From positions 21,411 to 85,410 of the forward strand of contig QKGS01000069.1 of the NCBI GenBank assembly GCA_003250355.1: 64,000 bases of DNA, in the 5' to 3' direction. Positions 30,048-39,258 of this stretch are shown piece by piece. Each line of letters opens with the position of its first letter. The first letter of the stretch is position 1. Origin of the DNA: Bacteroidota bacterium (GTDB lineage Bacteria; Bacteroidota; Bacteroidia; Bacteroidales; SZUA-534). The notes under the pieces were generated by a model. That model was given only the letters and a program-made list of their open reading frames with translations, had not been told where the DNA came from and ran no database searches. Both the position numbers and the translations under genes were made by a program.

Positions 30048-31685
30048 TTAAAACGATGAAATATAACTTGTAAGGTTAGTATCTCTGTCAATAGAGAGTT
30101 TTTTTCTTAACCTGTGGCGAGCCTTTTGCACACTTTCATTCGATATGCCCAGCAAGTTTGACATTTCTTTGGTTGAAAAATTAAGTTTAACCAGCGCGCA
30201 TATTTTCAGGTCGTTTGAACTAAGGTCGGGATATTTTTCACTCAGTTTTTTGTAAAAATCCTGATTTACGGCCTTAAATCTACTGTTAAAATCGTCCCAC
30301 ATATTATCCGACTTTTGGCTTATCTGTTTTAGTAAGTGTGAAGATGTTTGCGTTTTATTCTTCGACAATTCCTCAGATAGTTGTTTTATAATCTCTTCTT
30401 TTTCAATTAGTTTCAATGTAGATTCCGTAAGCTCTCTGTTTTTGAGCTTTACCAGTTCAGTTGCTTGCTTTTGCTTTGCTATAATATCCTTTTTTTCAAC
30501 AGTGTGCTTTTTCGATGTACGCCTTATCTTAAAAATCAGGATAATAGTAATTATTGCTGATAATATAAATATTGTAAATATTCGGAATCGCAATATTGCC
30601 TTATCTTTTTTAGCTATTTCGATACTGTTTACTATTAGCTCTTGCATTCTTACATTTAACTCACCCCTATACTGGTTTCTAACTTTTTGAAAGCTGCTGT
30701 CGTTAAGTGTTTTGGCACTAAAATATTGTTCGGTCAAATACTGCGATTCGTTAAGTTTTTTTATTGCCTCATTATATTTGCCGGTTTCATACAAAAGCCA
30801 TGCATACTGTTCAAGTATATAAGGCTTATGGTTATGTTGCTGCGGGTATGCTTTTAATGTATCTAACGATTTTATGAAATACTCTTCCGAAAGTTTATAC
30901 CGCTCTTGCTTTCGATATATTTCACCCAAATATGAATATATAGTTGGTAAATATGATCTATGGTTATACTTGTAATTATCCGGTGCTATGTTTTCAAAAT
31001 AATGCATTGCATCTAATAAATAATTCAAAGCTTCGGTTTCATTATTTGTTTTCAAACAAAAATAACCCTTATTGACCTCGAAATAAGCTTTGCTCATGTC
31101 GCCTAAGTTATAGCGGGTTATTAAATTGTAACATGTATCACTATAAATTAATGCTTCATGATACTTTTGAAATCGCTTAAGGTGTTGAATTATATTTTGA
31201 TAACTTTTCAATAAATCAGATGAGGTAGTTTTCCCTTTTAAAAACATTATTTTTGATAGTTCAAGCGCTTTATCCAAATACTTTCGCGATTCTGCTTCAT
31301 TAAATACCACAAAATTCATAATACCGTAGTTAGTATAGGCTTTTATTAATAATAGCGTATCGGGTATTTGTTCTGCACTATTTATCACCTCTTTCGATAT
31401 ATTATATGCCATATCAAAATTTTGTTTGTTTCGGTAAGTATAACTTTTTAATATAAGCAATTCAGTTCTGTATTTCTCATTATTATTTACACTCAACATC
31501 TCTTCCAGGTTATTAAGCACTATTAATGCAGAGTCGGCATTTACATTGGTATAATACTCAGCTTTTTCAAGTTCACTTATGTAAATGTTTTTTCCGTAGG
31601 TTACACTATACAATAGCATAATTAAAGCAAGGCAGTATACTTTTTGTACGTGTTTATAATTAGTTAAGGATTTAATATTTATCAT
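30048..31685 (-). CDS. membrane-spanning TPR sensor with C-terminal LuxR-type HTH
   Basis: 545 aa. It has an N-terminal signal/TM and about 330 aa of TPR-like repeats. A TM (FRIFTIFILSAIITIILIF) and a coiled coil follow. The C-terminus is LSSNDLKICALVKLNFSTKEMSNLLGISNESVQKARHRLRKKL. Confidence 0.7.
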   Translation of the reverse strand: MINIKSLTNYKHVQKVYCLALIMLLYSVTYGKNIYISELEKAEYYTNVNADSALIVLNNLEEMLSVNNNEKYRTELLILKSYTYRNKQNFDMAYNISKEVINSAEQIPDTLLLIKAYTNYGIMNFVVFNEAESRKYLDKALELSKIMFLKGKTTSSDLLKSYQNIIQHLKRFQKYHEALIYSDTCYNLITRYNLGDMSKAYFEVNKGYFCLKTNNETEALNYLLDAMHYFENIAPDNYKYNHRSYLPTIYSYLGEIYRKQERYKLSEEYFIKSLDTLKAYPQQHNHKPYILEQYAWLLYETGKYNEAIKKLNESQYLTEQYFSAKTLNDSSFQKVRNQYRGELNVRMQELIVNSIEIAKKDKAILRFRIFTIFILSAIITIILIFKIRRTSKKHTVEKKDIIAKQKQATELVKLKNRELTESTLKLIEKEEIIKQLSEELSKNKTQTSSHLLKQISQKSDNMWDDFNSRFKAVNQDFYKKLSEKYPDLSSNDLKICALVKLNFSTKEMSNLLGISNESVQKARHRLRKKLSIDRDTNLTSYISSF

Positions 31686-31867
31686 ATACTAAATAGAAAT
31701 TATATGAATAAAAATGAGCTTTCTGCGAGGTTATTGCTCAATATTTGTTTAATAGTAATTGTAAATATAATATATAACTTAATATTTTAATACTCTAAAA
31801 AACAAAACTGTATTCTCATACGTATTATGTGCAGGGTGTTTTTTTAGAATCATTTTAATTTAAAGCA

Positions 31868-32350
31868 ATGAAATATTCAGAGATTAAGAATCTTTCTGTA
31901 TCTGAATTTCTGCTTCTTATGCAGCAAAGTGTAAAGAGTAATACAGAAAGTATTAAGGGGAATAATGCAGCTATTGACAGCATTATAAATAAGGAAGTTA
32001 AGTCGAAAAGCAGAGATGAAAAACTTGACCAACTGTTTAAGCAAAATCGGGCATTGACCGAAGAGAGCAGTAGTATTATAGAGTTACACAACAAGGTTAT
32101 CAGCTTTATGAAAAGCGAACATAAGAAAGATAACTCAGAGTATTCAAAGGTGGTAAACGAAATAAATAATACAGTTAAAGAAGCTAAAAGTGTTGATCGC
32201 AATAAATTGTTCGATGATACTATTAATGGGCTGGTTAGCTTTAATATGCAACATCCGCTGTACAGCGATAACGAATTTAAAACAATGTTAATCGAATACT
32301 ACATTAGTACTGAAGAGTATGAAATGTGCGAACGTTTAATGAACTTGTAG
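31868..32350 (+). CDS. hypothetical K/E/N-rich protein
   Basis: 160 aa with an ATG start and no signal peptide. It competes with the antisense ORF 31855..32202, which is hydrophobic and low-complexity. The strand choice is uncertain. Confidence 0.4.
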   Translation: MKYSEIKNLSVSEFLLLMQQSVKSNTESIKGNNAAIDSIINKEVKSKSRDEKLDQLFKQNRALTEESSSIIELHNKVISFMKSEHKKDNSEYSKVVNEINNTVKEAKSVDRNKLFDDTINGLVSFNMQHPLYSDNEFKTMLIEYYISTEEYEMCERLMNL

Positions 32351-32461
32351 TTAAAAGCCAATAGATTGGCATCTTCCACTAAAATGGAATAATAACCCTT
32401 GTGTGTTAACCTTCCTAATGCTCATTTGTAATATATCAAAACAATAATGAAATGAGCATTA

Positions 32462-32710
32462 ATGAAAACATATACAACACTTGGGTTATTTCCTTTAGAG
32501 GCAACAGATACTATTAGTATAAAAGGGGCAGAATACGATATTTATTCCATAAGAATATATAACGCTTCGGGTGAAATGGTTAAAATATTTAATCACCTTT
32601 TGTCCAATGAATGTATATCGGTAAATGATCTTAAAGAAGGAGAATACCTTGCTCACCTCAATAACTCCGTTCATTACAGAATTATAAAATTCAGAAAGGT
32701 AATGACTTGA
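32462..32710 (+). CDS. stand-alone T9SS C-terminal-sorting-domain-like mini-ORF (probable gene remnant)
   Basis: 82 aa. LFPLEATDTISIKG...YSIRIYNASGEMVKIF...ISVNDLKEGEYLAHL...RIIKFRKV follows the Por_Secre_tail pattern. It has no signal peptide and no passenger domain. Confidence 0.4.
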   Translation: MKTYTTLGLFPLEATDTISIKGAEYDIYSIRIYNASGEMVKIFNHLLSNECISVNDLKEGEYLAHLNNSVHYRIIKFRKVMT

Positions 32711-32810
32711 ATTGTAATATTTTATAGAAAGATGTTATTGTATTTAGGAATATTCGTATTCTTATAACAAATAATAAGGGTATATTCATTCAAATTTTAA
32801 TCAGCAAAAA

Positions 32811-33998
32811 ATGAAAAGTTCTTTACCCCTTATCTTTTTCTCGCTTACATTATTTTTCTTTGCATGCAATTCGGAATATGCTCCCGGAACATTTGGACAC
32901 GATGTAGAGTTATTAAATAAAGTAGATGATTTCAAAATTCTAAAATCAGGTGATAGTTACATAGCAGTTATTGGTAAAATACAAGGTCGCATACTTACAA
33001 GCTCTTCAAATGGAATGAAAGGTATCAGTTACGGTTGGTTTAACAGAAACCTGATTGATTCTGCTAAATATGAAAATAACTATTCTGCTATTGCCGGTGA
33101 AGGACGTTTATTCTTTGGTCCTGAAGCAGGTAAGTATTCAGTATTTTTTAATCCCGACAGTACACAAGGACATAAAGCAGTTACCCGTGCAGCCTTCGAT
33201 ACACTAAGTTTTAAGCTTATTAGTGAATCGGAAAAATCGGTTACATATGGTAATGAATTCCATCTTATTAATTATCAAAGGTTCAGATTTGTATTCAATG
33301 TTGAACGAACTATTACGGTTTTAAATAAAAATGAGATTGAGCAATGTTTATATACTGAAAGCAATGATAGTGTATCGTATGTTGCATACAGCATTTATAC
33401 TAAAATTAAAAACACAGGAAACGAAAATTGGACAAAAGAAAACGGGCTGATTTCTATTTGGGATTTATGTACTTTGAAACCAACTGAAAACTCGGTAGTT
33501 ATAATCCCTGTAAGAAACAGTATTGACTCTGTAACTCCTTATTTTACAAAAGTGGACACAACCCGAGTCAGAATTATTGACAATATAGTTTATTATAAAG
33601 CCGATGCCAAGTATTTAAATAAAATAGGTATTCCTCCGGTAAATACAAAGCCGGTATTTGGTGCGTACAACCCTGAAATGAACCTGTTAACCATAGTAAA
33701 ATTCACTTTTGAAGACGACTCACTTTACGTAAACTCTAACTGGGAACATTCTAACCCTCCATACAAAGGCGATGTAATAAATGTTTTTAACGATGGTGTT
33801 ATAAACGGTAATGGTCCATGGGGACCTTTTTATGAATTAGAATCATCATCGAGTGCCAAGGAACTAAAAGTTGGTGAAAGCCAAAGTCACAATCATATGG
33901 TTTTTCACTTTGAAGGCAATAAAAAACAACTTAATGCTATTGCAAATAAGGTATTAGGGGTAAATTTGGAGTTTGCCGAGTCTGTTTTTAAGCCTTGA
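32811..33998 (+). CDS. hypothetical lipoprotein (resembles a DUF family seen next to glycan-active genes; family name not certain)
   Basis: 395 aa with a lipobox (LFFFAC). Motifs are GEGRLFFGPEAGKYSVFF and GPFYELESSSSAKELKVGES. I do not recognise a catalytic motif. Confidence 0.55.
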   Translation: MKSSLPLIFFSLTLFFFACNSEYAPGTFGHDVELLNKVDDFKILKSGDSYIAVIGKIQGRILTSSSNGMKGISYGWFNRNLIDSAKYENNYSAIAGEGRLFFGPEAGKYSVFFNPDSTQGHKAVTRAAFDTLSFKLISESEKSVTYGNEFHLINYQRFRFVFNVERTITVLNKNEIEQCLYTESNDSVSYVAYSIYTKIKNTGNENWTKENGLISIWDLCTLKPTENSVVIIPVRNSIDSVTPYFTKVDTTRVRIIDNIVYYKADAKYLNKIGIPPVNTKPVFGAYNPEMNLLTIVKFTFEDDSLYVNSNWEHSNPPYKGDVINVFNDGVINGNGPWGPFYELESSSSAKELKVGESQSHNHMVFHFEGNKKQLNAIANKVLGVNLEFAESVFKP

Positions 33999-34262
33999 AA
34001 AAAACAGAACCAGCAACAATTATAACACAGGATATTACTCGGCTGCCACCGCTTTTGCCTTTTCCTTTAGAAGAAATAGACATGCGAATTTTATAACAAT
34101 CTTTACCAAGAGCTTGCCCCTGCTTGGGTGCTTCTTTAAGGGAATCAATTAAAGCCTTGTAATCGTTCTTTACAGATGGGTATTGCAAAATAATGACTTT
34201 AATAGCTTTTTGGAAGAGAATACGTTTACCTGATTATAATGGCGAACTTCTTCTTAGAATTA
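33988..34262 (-). pseudogene. decayed RelE/ParE-superfamily toxin-like gene (frameshifted N-terminus, truncated C-terminus)
   Basis: The track ORF 33988..34188 encodes ...YPSVKNDYKALIDSLKEAPKQGQALGKDCYKIRMSISSKGKGKSGGSRVISCV. The same frame stays open upstream to 34233 (SGKRILFQKAIKVII) without an ATG. A KKKFAIIIR piece sits in another frame. The 3' end overlaps the convergent lipoprotein gene by 11 nt. Confidence 0.5.
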
Positions 34263-34496
34263 TAATTTTTTGTATTTCTAGCTTCTCCGCAATAGCCTGA
34301 GTAAAGTAGCTAAGGGAAGCTATATTTAAAATTTTACAAAACACTCAATTTACCATATTCTATAAGCAGTTTTCGTGTAAATTTGTGGCTAAAAAATCTT
34401 TTACGGATTTTAGGAGCTGCCTAATATTTTTTAGACAGCCTTTTTTATAAAATATAGTTATTTTTCTTTCCCTTGCAGAACAATTATTGAATAAAA

Positions 34497-34940
34497 CTAT
34501 TCTCCGGAATCAAGGAATCCTACCAATATTGATACACAACCACTCTTTTGTTTTTTAGGATTATCATCTTCCGGAACTCCTACTTCTACTCTAAGTTGTT
34601 GTGTTGAATTTGTATGAAAGTCCCATGTATCAACTAAATTATGATCTTCATTTGAGAATATAACATTTCCTGCATTGTCTTTCAATGAAAAAGTAACAGG
34701 CTCAACTTCGCCAGCTGCACATACAACTATACGGTAGTCGTGATCGCTGTAAAATGTAAGCATTAATTCTGCAACATCGCCTTCGTTTAAAACAGCACTG
34801 TTTAACTGTCCGTTATATATATATGGACTAAGCTTTGGGTTACATTTACTTTTAGTAAAAGTTTTACATTGAGAATAACTGTTTGCAGCAAATGCAAATA
34901 CAAATGTAAATGTTAAGATAGCATATGTAATTGTTCTCAT
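34497..34940 (-). CDS. hypothetical secreted protein
   Basis: 147 aa with a signal peptide (FAFAANSYSQ), four Cys and beta-rich composition. I recognise no family. Confidence 0.55.
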   Translation of the reverse strand: MRTITYAILTFTFVFAFAANSYSQCKTFTKSKCNPKLSPYIYNGQLNSAVLNEGDVAELMLTFYSDHDYRIVVCAAGEVEPVTFSLKDNAGNVIFSNEDHNLVDTWDFHTNSTQQLRVEVGVPEDDNPKKQKSGCVSILVGFLDSGE

Positions 34941-35009
34941 TTGGGGATATTTTTAAATTTTTAAAAATCAATATTTATTAATTCTCGCATTAATTATTAA
35001 ATATAATAA

Positions 35010-35903
35010 TTAACTAACAATTTTCACACGTATTTGACCAACCAATTTTGTTATTTCATCTAATTGATCTTTGCTTATATCAAATTGCGTTTTATTGTCA
35101 ATAGTTGTTACACCTGTTTCTTCATCGGTAACAACAACAGCTTTACTTTGTGAAACACCTACTGTTTTATATATTTTCGATAAATTTTCAAGCTCGTTGT
35201 ACATTAAAGCAATACTGGCATCGTCTTTATATTGCTCAACAATAAGCATAATGTTCTCAAGCGAGTATTTTTGTTCGGCAATTCTTTGCACAACCGCTGA
35301 ATTATCTTTTAATTGGTCTTTAATATTAGTTGCAAGGTGCATACCTTCAACCCATCCTCCAAGAAGAATTAATGTAGCAGTAATATCGCGCTCATTTTCC
35401 TTCAAATAACTATTAGCTCCGGCATAAGTATCGGAAATAATCTGGAAAATTGAATCTCTATCTTCCAAACTTTCTTCAATTCTGTTTAAAGTATTAGAAC
35501 CTTCCTCTTCAGGTATTTGTAATTTATCGGTTACATTTCTAATTGCAGCAAGATAGCTTATTGATTCTTGTAACTCTTCAAATACCCTGCAATAACATAA
35601 ATCGGTTCCATATATACCGAAGTTTAATGCCAAGCTTCCCGATGATATGTATTTGTCAACATTAGCTACCGGGTTTAATAATTCCTTGTCAAATTCAGCA
35701 TTGGCAGCAAGTAACATTTTAGTAAGTTCAATAGGAGAAGGTAAATTCAAGAAGATTTTTTTTACGGTTTTATCTTCTTTTCTTTCACTCATATCAACTT
35801 CAATATTATCTATAATATCACTTTTTGTTTTATCAGATTTCGATTTACATCCTACGATGAATAATAAAGAAACTAGAGACAATATTAAATACCTGTTTTT
35901 CAT
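35010..35903 (-). CDS. hypothetical lipoprotein
   Basis: 297 aa with a lipobox (LFIVGC), predicted helical. It lies 69 nt upstream of the 147-aa gene on the same strand. Confidence 0.55.
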   Translation of the reverse strand: MKNRYLILSLVSLLFIVGCKSKSDKTKSDIIDNIEVDMSERKEDKTVKKIFLNLPSPIELTKMLLAANAEFDKELLNPVANVDKYISSGSLALNFGIYGTDLCYCRVFEELQESISYLAAIRNVTDKLQIPEEEGSNTLNRIEESLEDRDSIFQIISDTYAGANSYLKENERDITATLILLGGWVEGMHLATNIKDQLKDNSAVVQRIAEQKYSLENIMLIVEQYKDDASIALMYNELENLSKIYKTVGVSQSKAVVVTDEETGVTTIDNKTQFDISKDQLDEITKLVGQIRVKIVS

Positions 35904-35989
35904 AGTATTTCAGATTAATTAACATTTAATTATCAGCATTATGCTACTCAAATTTAATTAAATATTTGGTTTTACAATCAATTGCGAAT

Positions 35990-36020
35990 AAAAAATAAGC
36001 GATTTCATTGGGAAATCGCT
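35990..36020 (-). terminator. rho-independent terminator of the usp gene
   Basis: AGCGATTTC (35998-36006), loop ATTGG, GAAATCGCT (36012-36020). A U-rich tract follows on the minus-strand transcript (complement of 35990-35997). Confidence 0.65.
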
Positions 36021-36045
36021 ATAATATAGATTTCAATAATATGTA

Positions 36046-36873
36046 TTAAAATGTAGATAATGAGAAATGTGTTGCCTTTCTAGGATTTACACACATTACC
36101 GGAATTTTTGCTGTGTTGGCAATTATAAATTGTTCACTTGCTCCCAATACATAATCAATTGTGCCAATGTTTTTTGTTGTCATTATTAGCATTAGGTCGG
36201 CATCTATTGACTTAGCATAATCAATTGTACCCTGTGCAAGGTTACTTGCTTCTGATGTAGCTATTTCATAGTTAACATTGTATTTGCTCAAATACTTTTT
36301 AGCAAACGAGAGGTTTTGATTTACCTTTTTCACAAGGTTTTTATCGCTTACTTCTTGTTTTATAAAGTGTATAGTAGCATTGAATATTTTTCCGAAATAA
36401 ATAGCCCATATAAGCTTTTCACGGTTTTCGCTTTTAAAGTTTACTGGGAATACTATTTTATCGAATGAATTTTTCTCTTTTGGGGTGTCCTGAATAACAA
36501 TAAAAGGGGCATATGAACTTACTATTACTTTTAAAGCCCAACTGCCTGTTAGCTTTTGCATACCCTTCATTCCATGTGTACCCATAACAACGAGGTTAAT
36601 ATCCTCATTATCTTTAGTATACTCTCCAATGGTAGTAAAAATTGTTCCCTCTTTTACTTCTGCTTCAACTTCAACTTCATGTTTTGTAGCAGCAGATTGA
36701 GCAACTTCAATTAGTTTAGCTTTGGCTTCTTCTATCTCTTTCTCTTTTTTAGCAATATGCAACAAAACTATTTTGTTGTCCAAAATCTTTGCAATCATAA
36801 CTGCTTGCGACAAAGCGTTTTCAGCTACTTCTGTAAAGTCCCACGGAACTACTATTTTTTTACCGGCTTCCAT
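36046..36873 (-). CDS. tandem universal stress protein (UspA family)
   Basis: 275 aa with two Usp-like halves (KIVVPWDFTE...VMGTHG...; KIVFPVNF...PVMCV). Confidence 0.8.
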   Translation of the reverse strand: MEAGKKIVVPWDFTEVAENALSQAVMIAKILDNKIVLLHIAKKEKEIEEAKAKLIEVAQSAATKHEVEVEAEVKEGTIFTTIGEYTKDNEDINLVVMGTHGMKGMQKLTGSWALKVIVSSYAPFIVIQDTPKEKNSFDKIVFPVNFKSENREKLIWAIYFGKIFNATIHFIKQEVSDKNLVKKVNQNLSFAKKYLSKYNVNYEIATSEASNLAQGTIDYAKSIDADLMLIMTTKNIGTIDYVLGASEQFIIANTAKIPVMCVNPRKATHFSLSTF

Positions 36874-37092
36874 ATTAAATCAGGTAATTTAGATTTTCAA
36901 ATTAAATGTATTTATACTATCAAATATAAAGAAAAAAAGTTATGTTATCAAAACATGATACCAAAAGGATTTCTGTTAAAGAATATATAATATATAAAAT
37001 ATAAAAATTTTAAAACAAACTTACTTACAGTATTTTTATTACTAAAACTATGTAATATAGTGAATTAAAAAGAAACCCGATAACTACATATT

Positions 37093-39257
37093 ATGAAAAA
37101 AACATTTGGAACATTTTCAGGTGTATTTACTCCAACTACATTAACAATATTAGGTGTTATTATGTATATAAGAGAGCCATGGGTGGTTGGAAATGCCGGT
37201 ATAATGGGGGCTATTCTAATATTATTATTATCGGTAACTATAACATTTGCAACAGCATTGAGTATTTCTACAATAACTTCAAATGTGAAAATTGGAGCCG
37301 GCGGAGCATTCAGCGTAATATCGCAATCATTGGGGCTTGAAATAGGGGGGGCAATAGGCATACCATTTTATTTAGCGCAGGCAATTGCTGCCGCCATGTA
37401 TATATTTGGTTTTAGAGAAGGCTTACAAACTCTTTTGCCTGATTTTAGCCCATTACTGCTTGATATAGGTGTTTTTACATTAGTAATGGCTATAGCGTTT
37501 ATTAGTACAAGTTTTGCTTTTAAAATACAATATGTAATACTTGGTATTATTGTGCTTTCATTAGTATCAATATATGGAGCCTTATTTGTAAATGAACTGA
37601 ATTTCGACTTTCAATGGAACGGTTCTTATCCCGGTTCAAAAGAGACCAATTTCAAAGGGACATCGTTTTGGGGAGTGTTTGCTGTATTTTTTCCGGCAGT
37701 AACCGGAGTAATGGCCGGAGCCAATATGTCGGGTGATTTAACTGATCCGCGAAAGAGTATTCCTCGTGGAACCATCAGTTCTGTAATTCTAACAACCATT
37801 ATTTACTTTTCACTCATATTTGTTGCTTCAATGCTGGCAACTAATGAAGAATTAGTATCTAATTACAATGTTTTTATTGATAAATCGTTGTTTCCTCCTA
37901 TTGTACTTGCCGGTTTACTGGGAGCAACTCTTTCATCGGCATTGGGGTCATTTGTAGGTGCTCCGAGAATATTATCGGCACTGGGAGAGAAAAGAATTAT
38001 ACCTAAGGGAGAAATGGTTTCCAAAACATCAAAAAAAGGTGAACCGGTAAATGCAATGCTTATAACTGCGATAGTGGTTATAGCTGGTATTTCGTTACGA
38101 AACCTTAACACAATAGCACCTTTACTTACAATGTTCTTTATGATAACATATGCTATGGTTAATGTTGTAGCATTAATAGAACAATATTTAGGCTTACCTA
38201 GTTTCAGACCATCAATAAAAATACCTATTTATATTCCACTGATAGGTGCTTTAGGTTCATTAACTGTAATGTTTATAATAAATGCCTTTGTAGCTTTGGT
38301 ATCGTTGATTGCAATATTTGTATTTTATTTTTATTTGGTTAAAATGAATATAAAGTCGACTGCGGGAGATTCTCGCAGCGGTTTATTTACAGCAGTTGCC
38401 GAATGGGCTACAAAAAAAGCTACTCAGCTTAATACTAAAAAAGAAGCCCGCTCATGGCGTCCTGATCTTTTATTGCCGGTACTCTATCCTAGAGAGATAA
38501 GAGCAGCATTTAAACTTATAGAATCGATTGTATACCCGAAAGGGTCGTTAAAAATAATATCGCTTAAACATACTGACGAACGAGAACAACAGAGGCTGCA
38601 TGAATTTCTGCCACTTGTAGAACAAAAATTCAGAGAAATAAAAATACCTGTATCGAAGACAAATGTTGATAACAATAATTTTAACGATGCTTTAAATATA
38701 AGTATGCAAGCATTAAATGCTGCATTTTTTAAGCCTAATACTCTGTTGTTAACTATTGATACCGGTAAACCTGAATCGGAAACATACAATTTGTTGCTCA
38801 ATGATATTAGAAAAAACAATTATGGCTTAATATTTTATATCCCTTTGGTACAGCGAGTTTGGCTATACAAAAAACCATTTCGTTATGGATTGATAAATTG
38901 CCTGATAACTGGAAAGAGACATTTGATATGGGTGAAAATGACCTTGGAATACTTTTGGCAATACTTATTGCCAAGAATTGGGACGGCCATATTGATGTTA
39001 ATATAAGCAGCGATTCGGGTATAAATACTCAGAATATTTCAGCATTTAATGATATGGTACGGTTTCCAAAAAGCACAATTATTAATTTGCTTAATGGTAG
39101 TATCATTCAAAATATAGAAATGCACAGAAATGCTGATTTGAATGTTTTTAGTATATCAGGAGAGATGAAAATAAATGAGATGATTGATATAGTACAGCGT
39201 TCACGTATTTCTTCAATTTTTTGTATTGACTCAGGATATGAAAATGCCTTGGTATAA
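37093..39257 (+). pseudogene. SLC12/cation-chloride-cotransporter-like APC-superfamily transporter, interrupted by a 1-nt frameshift
   Basis: The N-terminus FGTFSGVFTPTTLTILGVIMYIREPWVVGNAG is the SLC12-type signature, with about 12 TMs. The C-terminal domain continues in a different frame (track ORFs 37093..39006 and 38859..39257). The tail of the first ORF after about 38850 looks like nonsense sequence. Confidence 0.7.
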
Positions 39258-39258
39258 A

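Noticed and set aside
31855-32202. Minus-strand 115-aa ORF overlapping the 160-aa plus-strand ORF.
   Set aside because: Its product is a hydrophobic, Leu/Ser/Phe-rich mirror image, typical of the antisense of a Lys/Glu/Asn-rich gene. I kept the plus-strand ORF, but with low confidence.
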